A DNA stretch of 64,000 nucleotides from positions 1-64,000 of the forward strand of contig JAINCQ010000020.1 in the NCBI GenBank assembly GCA_036574205.1, read 5' to 3'. Of the stretch, positions 9,864 to 20,402 are shown one piece after another (position 1 is the stretch's first letter; every line of letters begins with the position of its first letter). The notes below the pieces were generated by a model. That model was not told where the DNA came from. It searched no databases and saw nothing but the letters and a program-made list of their open reading frames with translations. This stretch comes from Elusimicrobiota bacterium. Lineage in GTDB: Bacteria > Elusimicrobiota > Elusimicrobia > Elusimicrobiales > UBA9959. Position numbers and translations under genes: made by a program.

Positions 9864-11390
9864 ATGATTAAAGTTATTATTATTTTTATGTTTATATTTC
9901 CAGCACATACCCTTCAGGGTGAAGAGAATTATTCAAGAGAAATGCAACAGGCAATAAGGCTTTATGAAGAAGGGAAAAACACCGATGCAATGGATAGATT
10001 TATGGATATTCTTGTTAGTGGTAGCCCTGAAGAAAAATCCCTGGCAAATGAATATATAACCAAAATTACAAATGGCGTTCCTCCTCAAACCTCTATAAAA
10101 GACAATAAAAAAATAACGGTTGTAAATACGCCCCCTTCAAACTCATCAACAAAAACTCAGGTTGAAACAAGAGAAATAAGCGATGAAGAAGTTATATTAA
10201 AAAAAGTTTCTGACAAAATCAAGCAGATAAAAAGCGATATATTAATTGATTTATATAGAAAAAGATTTATAAAACTCTATATGGATGAATCAAATCAAAA
10301 GCCTAATTATATCCTGATAAAAGAAGACCAGATATTCAATGATGACCTTACTTTCAATCAAAAGGTAATGGATGATTTAAAAAAATTTGCAGGTCTTTTT
10401 ACCGCTCTTGGCAAAGTTAGCGTAACCATAGCGCCAAACGGTTCTATAACTGGGAACATGAAGATATCCAATGTAAGGAAAGCATCCATACTTCACTCTT
10501 ATCTGATTTCATATGGACTTTCCCCGACTAAAGTTAAACTTGACATGATGGGATCAAATGTTTCTGTTACAAAGAAAATAGACGATTTAGATGGAATACT
10601 TTTTATCTTAAATTACGATAAAGAACCAGAACTTGTTTCTTACGAAAATCAGTTGCCTCAAACTTATATATCCGCTTATCCCGATAGGATTAATCCTCAG
10701 AAAGATGAGGCAAGCATTGTAGAATTTTCAGTAATTATGGGGAAAAATCCAATAGCCAGCTGGAAATTAATCCTTTCAAAGAAAGATAATAGTGGAAGAA
10801 AATTTGCTGTTCAAAAACTTGAAGGCACAGATGTTCTTTCCTCTCAGATCTTGTTTAATGGAAGAGAAAAGATCCTTGGAGATTATTATGAGGATGGAGA
10901 ATATGAATTTTCATTAGACGCATCTGATGTAAAAGGCAATACCTCTTTTTCGAAAAAAACTATATATATAACAGGATCAACTGTTGGTGAGAAAAAGGAA
11001 GGGGTTAGTGTAAAATCCAAGGATATAACTCCCAAAAAAATAGCTAAGGTAGCCAATAATAATGCTGCTTTAAAGTCTAAAAATAGTGTATCTTTATCCA
11101 AGGTATTTTACAAAATATATTTTGAAACAAACACCTTTAAAATTACAAAAAATAGCCTTTTAAAACTTGAGCAACTTGCAAATACTTATAAAGATTACCC
11201 AAAGTCTAAAATAGTTCTTATCGGTTATGGATATGTTAAGGAACAAAAACCAAAGACTGCGGCTTATAAAAGAGCAAATGCTGTTAAAAACTGGCTTGTA
11301 AAAAACTATAAAATAGATGTTAAAAAAATAATTATTGAGACTAAAGTGGTTAATATTAAAAAAATTATAGTAGAGGCAAGTCTTAAGTAG
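9864..11390 (+). CDS. Exported multidomain protein with a C-terminal OmpA-like peptidoglycan-binding domain
   Basis: Signal peptide; C-terminal IYFETNTFKI...KRANAVKNWLVKNYKI; central FlgD-Ig-like segment (FNGREK...DGEYEFSLDASDVKGN). Confidence 0.65.
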   Translation: MIKVIIIFMFIFPAHTLQGEENYSREMQQAIRLYEEGKNTDAMDRFMDILVSGSPEEKSLANEYITKITNGVPPQTSIKDNKKITVVNTPPSNSSTKTQVETREISDEEVILKKVSDKIKQIKSDILIDLYRKRFIKLYMDESNQKPNYILIKEDQIFNDDLTFNQKVMDDLKKFAGLFTALGKVSVTIAPNGSITGNMKISNVRKASILHSYLISYGLSPTKVKLDMMGSNVSVTKKIDDLDGILFILNYDKEPELVSYENQLPQTYISAYPDRINPQKDEASIVEFSVIMGKNPIASWKLILSKKDNSGRKFAVQKLEGTDVLSSQILFNGREKILGDYYEDGEYEFSLDASDVKGNTSFSKKTIYITGSTVGEKKEGVSVKSKDITPKKIAKVANNNAALKSKNSVSLSKVFYKIYFETNTFKITKNSLLKLEQLANTYKDYPKSKIVLIGYGYVKEQKPKTAAYKRANAVKNWLVKNYKIDVKKIIIETKVVNIKKIIVEASLK

Positions 11391-11393
11391 GTT

Positions 11394-12944
11394 ATGATAA
11401 AAGGAAGCAATACAAAAGACTTAATGGGAATTTATATTGATATAGATGAAGTTACACTTTCTGTAGCTTCTGCCTCTAAAGGGAAGGTGTCTGTCAGTAG
11501 AACCATACACATACCAACTGAATACAAAACAGAAGGGATCATAAAACCATTGTCTCTTAATAGTGATTTTTTTAGCGATAAACAAAAGTGGATTATATCT
11601 TTAAAAAATGTAATAAAAAAATCAAACTTTAAATTAAATAACGCTGTTATTTCTCTTTCCCACGATTTTTCTATAACAAGATTTTTTGTCCTACCTTATG
11701 CTGAAAGAAAGTTCTGGAATAAAGCTATCCCAATAGAATCAAAGAAATATATTCCAGTCTCATTTGATGAATTATCTTATGATTTTTATGCATATTCTTT
11801 ACCTGATAATTCCAAAATAGGTGTTTCTTTTTCTGTCACGCAGAAAAAAACCACCGAGTTCCTTTCTGCGCAACTTAAGGAAGTTGGAGTTAATCTTGAA
11901 ATGGTTGAGCCTTCTCCTTTTGCAATGATAAGATTTTTAAATGCCATAGGGATATCGGAGGAAAACTATCTTGCTATTTATTCTTGTGGTGATGATATAT
12001 ATACTTTGCTTTTTTCTAATAGTGTGCCTGTTATTTTTAGATATGTTTCTTTTTCTAAAACTTCCGTCTTTTCAGATAGAAAATCCCTTGATTTAAAGGG
12101 CTCTTTGATGTTTGCACAAAGAAATATTCCTGATACAGAAATTAAAAGTGTTTTTATAATGGGAAATGATTTTGAAAATCTTACAGGGAATGTGGAGAGA
12201 GAAATAGGGATTAAACCAACACCTGTGAATTTGCAGGATAAAATAGATACAAATGATTATAAGTTTTCTACGATAATAAGCGCCGCATCTTCTATTAAAA
12301 ATTATTCTAAAGAAGAATATTTTGTTGATATTGCAGAGATAAACAAAAATAAAAGAATAAACAAACTGGTAGTTAAATTTGCTTCAATATTGGGTGGAGT
12401 AATTTCGGGTTTTTTTATTTTAATTTTTATTATAAACTCTTTAAGAATATATCTTCTTTCAAAAAAAATAAATGAATATATAAGTACTATGCCGGAGATA
12501 TCTGAATTTCAAGGACTTACGGTAGAACAGGTAAATTCAAGAATTGTAACACTCAGAAGAACGAAATCTGCATTTACCTCTTTTTTGAATAAACGTGACT
12601 ATTTAGCTCCAAAACTTTCTGTTCTGGCTGATATAATACCAAAAGACATATGGCTTAAAGATATTTTTTATAATAATCCGTTTAGCGCTGGTAATGAAGT
12701 AAATGCAAAGATAGAATTTGTTATGAATGGTGAAACAAACCTTAGTGGAGAAAACAGAAACTATTATATGGATTATTTTATGAAAGAGATAAAGAAAAAT
12801 CAGGTTTTCCATATTTGTAATCCTCCCCAAGGATCTATGGACTATAATGTTAGAAACGCTGAAGACTCTTCATATGAATCAAAAAAAACTGAAGTTTCTG
12901 GAATTATTAAGATCTCATGTTCCATGGATAAAAGCAAATTATGA
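11394..12944 (+). CDS. PilM-PilN-like fusion (alignment complex)
   Basis: Actin-like PilM features (GIYIDID, ESKKYIPVSFDELSYDFY, EPSPFAMIR), one TM, then PilN-like LSVLADIIPKDIWLKDI; position in the pilus operon. Confidence 0.72.
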   Translation: MIKGSNTKDLMGIYIDIDEVTLSVASASKGKVSVSRTIHIPTEYKTEGIIKPLSLNSDFFSDKQKWIISLKNVIKKSNFKLNNAVISLSHDFSITRFFVLPYAERKFWNKAIPIESKKYIPVSFDELSYDFYAYSLPDNSKIGVSFSVTQKKTTEFLSAQLKEVGVNLEMVEPSPFAMIRFLNAIGISEENYLAIYSCGDDIYTLLFSNSVPVIFRYVSFSKTSVFSDRKSLDLKGSLMFAQRNIPDTEIKSVFIMGNDFENLTGNVEREIGIKPTPVNLQDKIDTNDYKFSTIISAASSIKNYSKEEYFVDIAEINKNKRINKLVVKFASILGGVISGFFILIFIINSLRIYLLSKKINEYISTMPEISEFQGLTVEQVNSRIVTLRRTKSAFTSFLNKRDYLAPKLSVLADIIPKDIWLKDIFYNNPFSAGNEVNAKIEFVMNGETNLSGENRNYYMDYFMKEIKKNQVFHICNPPQGSMDYNVRNAEDSSYESKKTEVSGIIKISCSMDKSKL

Positions 12945-13522
12945 AAAAAACTTTATATAATTTGAAAAACAAACTTAAAGATATAATACAAGATGTGGAG
13001 GCTATTTATCTTGATAAAGGACCTGAGCCATTTAAAAAACCAATGCTTTATGCTATAAGCGCAATTGTCATTTCATACCTTATCTATTTATCCAATAAAG
13101 GTCCTTTGAAGAACAATCAAGATGAATTTGAAAGGATCAATCAGCTTGCTAATTTTTATAGCGAGTATATAGATTTGAAAAAAAATATCAAAAACTACTT
13201 ACCAATGCTTCCATCTATAAAAGATAAGGATGAATGGTTAAACTATATACTTAACACAACAGCCGCAAAATATTCTATTATATTTACAAATGTTGAAAGT
13301 CAGAAGGAACTAAAAATTGGAGATAATATTTATGTAGTTTCAAAACAAGTTCAATTTGCAACAGACTATGAAACTCTTGGAAAATTTATAAGGGATATTG
13401 AAAATTCGCCAATATTTGTAGAGGTTTCTAATTTTTCGGCATTTAAGAAAAACGATCCACAAATAATAAAAATAGATGTAACCTTAACTTTAACTACAGT
13501 TTTTATTGAGGGGATTGTATGA
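12941..13522 (+). CDS. PilO-like protein
   Basis: Single TM, coiled coil, LPS.KD...L, and DYETLGKFIRDIENSPIFVEV typical of PilO. Confidence 0.72.
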   Translation: MKKTLYNLKNKLKDIIQDVEAIYLDKGPEPFKKPMLYAISAIVISYLIYLSNKGPLKNNQDEFERINQLANFYSEYIDLKKNIKNYLPMLPSIKDKDEWLNYILNTTAAKYSIIFTNVESQKELKIGDNIYVVSKQVQFATDYETLGKFIRDIENSPIFVEVSNFSAFKKNDPQIIKIDVTLTLTTVFIEGIV

Positions 13523-14052
13523 AATCTTTTATAGTCGAGCTTTTATTTTTTTCATTATCCACTGTTTTTTTTATTTCTTTTATGGCAAAAATAAATCAAA
13601 ATATTATTTCTGAATCTAATAAAAGCGATTTCAGAATGTCTGTCTCAGACTCAATTAGCTCTGGCGCGGCAGAAACTGAACTTTCAACAGGATCATTAAA
13701 ACAGTCAACAGGACAACAGGAAAAAACGGGTAATTCTTATTTTTCGCCAAAAACAAAAAGAAGTCCTTTTTTAAGCCCCTTTGATTATCAAAAAATAGCG
13801 CTAATTGAGGAACAAAAAAGAATTGCTGATGAAGAATTAAAAAAACTAATTTCCAAAGATAAAATCTACAAAATTGATGATCCTACAAAAAAATATAGAT
13901 TGCAGGGTATAGTAGGCAAATATGCTATAATAAATGGAGATATGGTTGAGGAGGGAAGGACATATAAAAAAGAACTTACTATTGTTAAAGTGTATTCAAA
14001 TTATGTAATTGTAAAATATAAAAATAAAAACTACAAACTTGTTATAAAATAG
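13519..14052 (+). CDS. PilP/GspC-HR-like protein
   Basis: N-terminal hydrophobic anchor, RSPF motif, LQGIVGKYAIINGDMV beta domain; directly before the secretin. Confidence 0.6.
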   Translation: MKSFIVELLFFSLSTVFFISFMAKINQNIISESNKSDFRMSVSDSISSGAAETELSTGSLKQSTGQQEKTGNSYFSPKTKRSPFLSPFDYQKIALIEEQKRIADEELKKLISKDKIYKIDDPTKKYRLQGIVGKYAIINGDMVEEGRTYKKELTIVKVYSNYVIVKYKNKNYKLVIK

Positions 14053-14060
14053 GAGGGAAA

Positions 14061-15719
14061 ATGTTGAAAATATTTTTGGTTTTCGTTTTAACAGTAATGC
14101 CTTTTTCGCTTTATTGCCAGCAAGATGATTTTGAATCAGATATAGGTGGTCCGATACTTGAAGACACAAAACAAACATCCTCTGATACAAACATAACAAT
14201 ACCATCAAAAACTCAAACTCCAGGCTCACCAATAAAACCGGATGCAACTATAGAAGCTCCACTTTACGAAGAAGCTGAAGAAATATCCCCACTTGACAGA
14301 AAAGTTGGGCCAATAAGACTAAAAGGTGCTCCTTTAATGACTTTTTTGGATATAATTTCAGCACAATCAAATGTTAATTTCATAATTAGCGATGACGTAA
14401 TAAACAAGCAAATAACCGTTTTTTTAAGAAAAACCACAGTCAGAGAAGCACTTGAAATACTTTTGAGGGTAAAAGGTCTCACCTACCAGCGAATAGGAAA
14501 AAGCAACACATATATAATAATGAAAAGAACTTCAGCCCAACCCAATATGGTCACAAAAATATACACTTTAAATTACATCCCTTTAATACCGCTTACTGAA
14601 AAAGATAATGACTTGAAGATTGGTGGAGAAGAATCAAACGTTCAGACTTCTTTTCAGGGTAATATGAATCAGGGAGGGGGAGAACAATCAGACTCTGACA
14701 GCGGGATAGGAATAATAAGAATAATAAGGAGTGTTTTAAGTAAGAAATATGGGAGGATAGCTGTTGATTCAAGGACAAATAGCATAATAGTCACCGATAT
14801 ACCTGAAGTTTTTCCTCAGGTTGAACAGATAATAGCTGAGCTAGATAAGAAAGCTCCTCAGATATTAATTGAAGCAAGAATAGTTGAGATAAATACAGAC
14901 AGGCTGAATGAATTGGGCATAGAATGGGGTGGATCACGTGGGGAAATAGCTTATTTTGCCGGTCCAGCAAGGTTGACTGACTGGCCATTAAGGCCGGGCA
15001 TATTTTCAGGAGATAACTGGAAACAATTTTTCCCAAAGAATCCTGAAATTAACGAAGGTGGTTCTTCAGGCGGAGGTGGAGGGGGTGAAGGCGGTGGCAG
15101 TGGCGGGGGAAGCATCGATCCTTTGTATTCAACAGGCAAAACAAGTCCACAGGGTATTTATTACGGAATATTCAGCCTTGCTCAGCTACAGGCTATATTC
15201 AGATCTCTTGTTTCAAGAGGCGAAGCGAGGTATCTTGGAACTCCTAAGATAGTTGCGATGAATAATAAAACATCTGTTATAACAATTTCAAGAGAAGCAG
15301 CCGTTGCTTCTCAAACCACTGTTGTATCAGCTGGAGGTAGCACAGGTTCAAGCTCTACGGGTGTAGAGAGAAGAAAAGTAGGTTTAACACTAAAGGTTAC
15401 TCCGCAGGTAAACAAAGAAGGATATATAACTATGCTTGTTCAGCCACAGTATGCAGATACAACCTCTTCAGCTATCACTGTTCAGGGGGTCAATGTCCTT
15501 GATCCAACAACCAGAGGTGTTTTGACCATGGTAAGAGTCAAAAATGGGCAAACAGTAGTTATAGGCGGAATGCTTTCTTCAACTGAGCAAAAGATCGTTA
15601 AAAAGGTGCCATTATTTGGCTATATACCTGTTATAGGATGGTTTTTTACTTCAACAAGTGTTAGAAGAACAAACACTGATCTTGTTATATTTTTGACTCC
15701 AACTATACTTGTTGATTAA
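14061..15719 (+). CDS. pilQ: Secretin (PilQ/GspD family)
   Basis: VDSRTNSIIVTD, QILIEARIVE, GLTLKVTPQV, VKNGQTVVIGG, KVPLFGYIPVIGWFF, LVIFLTPTIL. Confidence 0.9.
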   Translation: MLKIFLVFVLTVMPFSLYCQQDDFESDIGGPILEDTKQTSSDTNITIPSKTQTPGSPIKPDATIEAPLYEEAEEISPLDRKVGPIRLKGAPLMTFLDIISAQSNVNFIISDDVINKQITVFLRKTTVREALEILLRVKGLTYQRIGKSNTYIIMKRTSAQPNMVTKIYTLNYIPLIPLTEKDNDLKIGGEESNVQTSFQGNMNQGGGEQSDSDSGIGIIRIIRSVLSKKYGRIAVDSRTNSIIVTDIPEVFPQVEQIIAELDKKAPQILIEARIVEINTDRLNELGIEWGGSRGEIAYFAGPARLTDWPLRPGIFSGDNWKQFFPKNPEINEGGSSGGGGGGEGGGSGGGSIDPLYSTGKTSPQGIYYGIFSLAQLQAIFRSLVSRGEARYLGTPKIVAMNNKTSVITISREAAVASQTTVVSAGGSTGSSSTGVERRKVGLTLKVTPQVNKEGYITMLVQPQYADTTSSAITVQGVNVLDPTTRGVLTMVRVKNGQTVVIGGMLSSTEQKIVKKVPLFGYIPVIGWFFTSTSVRRTNTDLVIFLTPTILVD

Positions 15720-15730
15720 TAATTTAAAAT

Positions 15731-17473
15731 ATGGCAAGAAAAAAACTCGGAGAGATATTAATATCACATAAAGTAATAAATGAAGAGCAGTTAAATAAAG
15801 CTTTAAAATATCAGGAGCAAAATAGATGCCTTATTGGTGAGGCATTGGTAAAATTAGGGTATGCCACAGAAGAACAGGTTGCCGTAGCACTTTCAAAACA
15901 ACTAGGCATACCATACGCATCTATTTCAAATCAAATATTAAAACCAGAAAGAGGACAGGATATTGAAAAATTAATACCTGAAAAATTTGCAAGAGAAAAC
16001 AAAATTGTTCCGCTTTTTGTTGAAGGAGGAATTATAGCCATAGCGATGGCAGATCCTACCGACCTTATATTGATAGATAATATACGAGCAATGACTGGAA
16101 TGGAGGTTCAGACTTTTATTTCTACAAAAGATCAGATATTGAAAGTAATAGATTCATTTTATCAAATGGAAACCCAGCTTATAGACCAGGTCATAGAGTC
16201 AAAGGGTTCTAAAGAAGACTCATCTGAAGTTGATGTTTTAACCCCTGAGGGAAAACTTGACCTTGATAAAGTTATAATAAGTCAGTCTTCTGGTGCTCAA
16301 GCAATAAAAATGGTAAATGCTATGCTTAAACAAGCTATAGCCGAAAGAACAAGCGATATACATCTTGAAAAATATGATGAAAAAGTATCATTAAGATTCA
16401 GAATAGATGGAGTGCTTCATGAAAGAACTTCTCCTCCCAAAGAATTATTTGATAATATTATAGCAAGAATAAAGATACTCTCTAAATTAAATATAGCTGA
16501 AAGGAGATTACCTCAGGATGGAAGTTTTTCTATAAAGTATCAGAACAGGACAATAGAAGTACGTGTTGCTACATGCCCAACTGTCTTTGGGGAAAAATGC
16601 GTAATGCGTCTTCTTGATAAAGGCGGAGTTGAATTGGATTTAGATTCGCTTGGACTTGAACCCAAGCAAAAAGAAGATTTTTTAAAGGCAGCAAACTCTC
16701 CTCATGGGCTTATTTTTATAACGGGTCCTACTGGTTCTGGTAAAACAACAACTCTTGCCGCGCTTTTGTTGACGATAAGAACCCCAGAAATGAATTTTTT
16801 AACACTTGAGGATCCAGTTGAAGTAAAAATTAACGGGATGAGTCAGGTTCAGGTAAAACCTGAAATAGGCCTTACTTTTGCCGCTGGTTTAAGGTCATTC
16901 CTTCGTATGGACCCAGACGTTATACTTGTTGGTGAAACAAGAGATAATGAAACAGCGGAAGCATGTCTTCAAGCTGCTATGACAGGTCATCTGGTTTTAT
17001 CAACACTTCACACAAATAGTGCTCTTGAAGCAATACCAAGACTTTTGAATATGGGAGTTGAATCTTACCTTTTAGCATCCACACTACTTCTTACCGCTGC
17101 GCAAAGGCTTGTAAGAAGACTTTGTCCAGACTGTAAACAACCTTACAAACCAACTCAGGAAGAACTTGAAATATTTGCAAAACAATCTTTGCTAAACCCA
17201 CTTCCTGATTTAAATAAACTTATATTTTATAAACCGAGAGGCTGTCCAAAATGCTTTAATATAGGTTATAAAGGAAGGGTGGCTATATATGAAACTTATT
17301 TTTTGACTGAGGAGATAAAAAAACTTATAAATGATGATCCTGATATAATGAAGATAAAAGAAATAGCAAAAAAACAGGGAACCTTAGATTTAAGAGCAAG
17401 CGGATGGAGAAAAGTTTTAAGTGGAATGACATCAGTTGAAGAAATGTTTGCCACTACAATGGTTGAGATATAA
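15731..17473 (+). CDS. pilB: PilB/GspE assembly ATPase with MshEN-like N-terminus
   Basis: ERRLPQDG, GPTGSGKTTT, EDPVE, DPDVILVGETRD, GHLVLSTLHTN, tetracysteine CPDC...CPKC. Confidence 0.93.
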   Translation: MARKKLGEILISHKVINEEQLNKALKYQEQNRCLIGEALVKLGYATEEQVAVALSKQLGIPYASISNQILKPERGQDIEKLIPEKFARENKIVPLFVEGGIIAIAMADPTDLILIDNIRAMTGMEVQTFISTKDQILKVIDSFYQMETQLIDQVIESKGSKEDSSEVDVLTPEGKLDLDKVIISQSSGAQAIKMVNAMLKQAIAERTSDIHLEKYDEKVSLRFRIDGVLHERTSPPKELFDNIIARIKILSKLNIAERRLPQDGSFSIKYQNRTIEVRVATCPTVFGEKCVMRLLDKGGVELDLDSLGLEPKQKEDFLKAANSPHGLIFITGPTGSGKTTTLAALLLTIRTPEMNFLTLEDPVEVKINGMSQVQVKPEIGLTFAAGLRSFLRMDPDVILVGETRDNETAEACLQAAMTGHLVLSTLHTNSALEAIPRLLNMGVESYLLASTLLLTAAQRLVRRLCPDCKQPYKPTQEELEIFAKQSLLNPLPDLNKLIFYKPRGCPKCFNIGYKGRVAIYETYFLTEEIKKLINDDPDIMKIKEIAKKQGTLDLRASGWRKVLSGMTSVEEMFATTMVEI

Positions 17474-17491
17474 TTATATAAAGGAGGAGAG

Positions 17492-18715
17492 GTGCCGAGA
17501 TTTATATATACCGTCCAGGATCCGGAAGGGAATGTAACAACAGGAGCTATGGAAAGTGATGATGAAGACTCTGTTATAGCAAATCTCCAAAATAAAGGAT
17601 ATTTTATATTATCAATACAGTCAGAGAAAGAAAGCGCAAAAGGTCTTTTTGCGTTAAGAAGAAAGGACAAGGGAAAGGTTTCTGGAAGGGAAATATGTTT
17701 TTTTGGCGAGCAGATAGCGACACTTGTGGCAGGAGGGGTTCCGCTTGTCAGGGCTCTTTCGCTTTTAGCTGAAAACAACGAGAATAAGACTTTTCAGACA
17801 GTTTTATTTCAAGTAACCAAAGATGTTTCTTCGGGGAGCGCTCTTCATAAAGCCCTTGAAAAACACCCTCACATTTTTGATGATATATGGATTTCTCTTG
17901 TGGCAGCCGGAGAGGTTTCAGGTCAGCTTCCTCTGGTTTTAAGACAGATAACAACATATAAAGAGATGCAGGAAGAGATAAAAAACAAGATAATAACTGC
18001 TTTTGCTTATCCTACTGTTTTGTTTCTTATGTCTATGGGGGTTCTTTTCTATTTTGTTCTTTTTATAGTTCCAGTTTTTGCCAACATATTTAATGATTTT
18101 GGTCTTAAGTTGCCAATTATAACACGGATGGTTATGGCATTTTCATATATTGTCAAAAATTATTATCTTCTTTTTATAGTATTTGCTATCGGTTCTTACG
18201 GTGCCTTTAAACTATATATAAAAACAGAAAGCGGACTTATGACATGGAATAAATTTTTATTTTCACTTCCCGGTCTTGGAGGATTTATCAAAAGCATGAA
18301 TTATGAAAGATGCCTTACAACATTATCTACCTTGCTTAAAAGTGGAGTTAGTATAATAAACTCGCTTTCGGTTCTTGAAAATGCTTTTAAAAGAAATCTT
18401 ATAATACAGAACGCTCTTAAAAAAGCCAAAAATGATATAACAAGCGGAAAAAGTATTTCAGAATCTTTTAAAAGAACGCAAGCATTTCCACAGTTTGTAA
18501 CTGATATGATGCTTATGGGAGAAGAGTCTGGAAAACTTCCTGATATGATAGACGTTTTGTCTGGTTATTATAAAGAACAGATAAATCAGTTTTTAAGAAG
18601 ATTTTCAGCAGTGATTGATCCGATATTAATGGTTGGAATAGGTGCGATTATAGGAACGGTTGTGATGTCGGTTTATATACCGATATTCCAGCTTTCTCAG
18701 ATTAAAGGAAATTAA
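17492..18715 (+). CDS. pilC: PilC/GspF platform protein
   Basis: GEVSGQL, AFAYP, GEESGKL, three TMs; GTG start after GGAGG. Confidence 0.92.
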   Translation: MPRFIYTVQDPEGNVTTGAMESDDEDSVIANLQNKGYFILSIQSEKESAKGLFALRRKDKGKVSGREICFFGEQIATLVAGGVPLVRALSLLAENNENKTFQTVLFQVTKDVSSGSALHKALEKHPHIFDDIWISLVAAGEVSGQLPLVLRQITTYKEMQEEIKNKIITAFAYPTVLFLMSMGVLFYFVLFIVPVFANIFNDFGLKLPIITRMVMAFSYIVKNYYLLFIVFAIGSYGAFKLYIKTESGLMTWNKFLFSLPGLGGFIKSMNYERCLTTLSTLLKSGVSIINSLSVLENAFKRNLIIQNALKKAKNDITSGKSISESFKRTQAFPQFVTDMMLMGEESGKLPDMIDVLSGYYKEQINQFLRRFSAVIDPILMVGIGAIIGTVVMSVYIPIFQLSQIKGN

Positions 18716-18725
18716 GGAGGTTTTT

Positions 18726-19181
18726 ATGAAAAAAGGTTTTACCCTTGTGGAGCTTCTTATTGTGGTTTTAATAATAGGAATACTTGCAACAATAGCTACG
18801 CCGCTTTACAGAAAAACTATTGAGACCTCAAAAGCCACAAATGCGTTATCTCTTTTAAATGCTATAGCTAACGCAAATAAAATGTTCTGGCTTGATAATG
18901 GCTCGTATACCACAGGTAAAGTTGATGATAACCATCCTTTGGTAAAAAATGTTTATGTGTCAACTCGTGGCGAATGGAACACTGATCAATGGAAATATTG
19001 CGCATGCAATACGGTTAACTGTGGCCAATGTGGAGGACCCTGTCCAGGTAATGGAATAATCGCTTGTGCCTGGAACAACTCACCCCTCGGTGCTCCTTAT
19101 AATACCTGGCGTTTTGAGATACAGGCTAATGGAACGTGTATGGCTTATGGAACAAATAATATAGGATGTCCAAGTAACTAA
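18726..19181 (+). CDS. Type IV pilin, Cys-rich
   Basis: Class III signal MKKG|FTLVELLIVVLIIGILA; 8 Cys in the C-terminal half. Confidence 0.9.
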   Translation: MKKGFTLVELLIVVLIIGILATIATPLYRKTIETSKATNALSLLNAIANANKMFWLDNGSYTTGKVDDNHPLVKNVYVSTRGEWNTDQWKYCACNTVNCGQCGGPCPGNGIIACAWNNSPLGAPYNTWRFEIQANGTCMAYGTNNIGCPSN

Positions 19182-19182
19182 T

Positions 19183-19659
19183 ATGAAAAAAAGAAAAGGA
19201 TTTACTTTAGTAGAAGTTGTTGTTTCAATTCTTATATCAGCTCTTGTGGCTATGGCAAGTTTTAGTATATTTACATCAAGCGCTGTTTCTGAAAGGAAAA
19301 GTGACAAAAGAGAGATAGCCGGTCTTGCGATAAAAATGGCACAGGAAACACTTAAAAATTATGTAACATCCGACACTTCCCTTACAACTCCATTAGCCCC
19401 TTCTGGAGGATGGCGGTTAAGGGACCATCAAGGAAATTTAGACTCATATGCCGGATGGGCGCTTCAATCAGGGGTGGTTCATAATATAACCAATTTTCTG
19501 AATAGAGAACCTTTTTTGACTAAATTATGCAATGGTAATATTGCTAATTGCAGTTTTACATACACTGTTTCAAATATTAATCAGGGATTTGGCGACGGAG
19601 AAACTCAAGTAGGAAAACAGGTTGTGTTTACTCTTACATATCCTGTTCAGCCAAGATGA
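19183..19659 (+). CDS. Minor pilin (PilV-like)
   Basis: KG|FTLVEVVVSILIS. Confidence 0.8.
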   Translation: MKKRKGFTLVEVVVSILISALVAMASFSIFTSSAVSERKSDKREIAGLAIKMAQETLKNYVTSDTSLTTPLAPSGGWRLRDHQGNLDSYAGWALQSGVVHNITNFLNREPFLTKLCNGNIANCSFTYTVSNINQGFGDGETQVGKQVVFTLTYPVQPR

Positions 19660-19697
19660 CATATTCAAGTTAGAATATACTATGCAGAGGATATATT

Positions 19698-20366
19698 ATG
19701 AATAAATGGGGAAGTAAAAAAAACGGATTTACGTTAACTGAACTTCTTGTATCAATTATAATATTTTCATTTATGGCTATGACACTTGCTTCTGTTTATG
19801 CCACAGCAAACAGATATTTTTATCAGCAATATAGACAGGATTTATATAAAAACAAATTTACACTTTCAATGAAATTTATAAAAAATAAGCTTGTTCAGGC
19901 AACTGATATAGATATACCTACTTCTGGTTCAACATCTAATGATTTGTTATTTTATACTAATTTTGTAAAAGATTTTGGTAGTCCTTATATTGGTTCAGGC
20001 TGTGCTCCAACAACCGCTATATCTTCTAACTGGCACTATTTCTGCGTTGCTGGAACCAAATTATATTATCATACTGGAACTTTAGCTGGTGTAGTCGCCT
20101 GCCCAAATACTGCTCCCACAAATAATAATGTGGCGTTTATTCCAGCCTGCGGATCTGCTGGCGGAGTTATGCTTTCAGATAATATTGTTTTGCCTAGTGC
20201 TGGAAGCTACTTTCAAAGAGGTGGAAATCTTCCTCCAAATGTAGTCAGGATCTCCTTAAAAATGAGCTGGCAGACAAAACAGTCTCTCGGTGGCTCAACT
20301 GCCATAAGAACCATAACATCAGAAGATGAATCTTATGTATCTGTTAATAGACCCGGACAGTGGTAG
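19698..20366 (+). CDS. Minor pilin (PilW-like)
   Basis: NG|FTLTELLVSIIIFS. Confidence 0.8.
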   Translation: MNKWGSKKNGFTLTELLVSIIIFSFMAMTLASVYATANRYFYQQYRQDLYKNKFTLSMKFIKNKLVQATDIDIPTSGSTSNDLLFYTNFVKDFGSPYIGSGCAPTTAISSNWHYFCVAGTKLYYHTGTLAGVVACPNTAPTNNNVAFIPACGSAGGVMLSDNIVLPSAGSYFQRGGNLPPNVVRISLKMSWQTKQSLGGSTAIRTITSEDESYVSVNRPGQW

Positions 20367-20367
20367 C

Positions 20368-20396
20368 TTGAAAAAGACAGTTTCTTGTGCTAAAAT
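20368..20396 (+). promoter_or_regulatory. Sigma70 promoter, probably producing a leaderless mRNA for 20403
   Basis: TTGAAA (20368-73), 17-nt spacer, TG-C-TAAAAT (20391-96), ATG 6 nt later. Confidence 0.7.
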
Positions 20397-20402
20397 GTAA
20401 AT

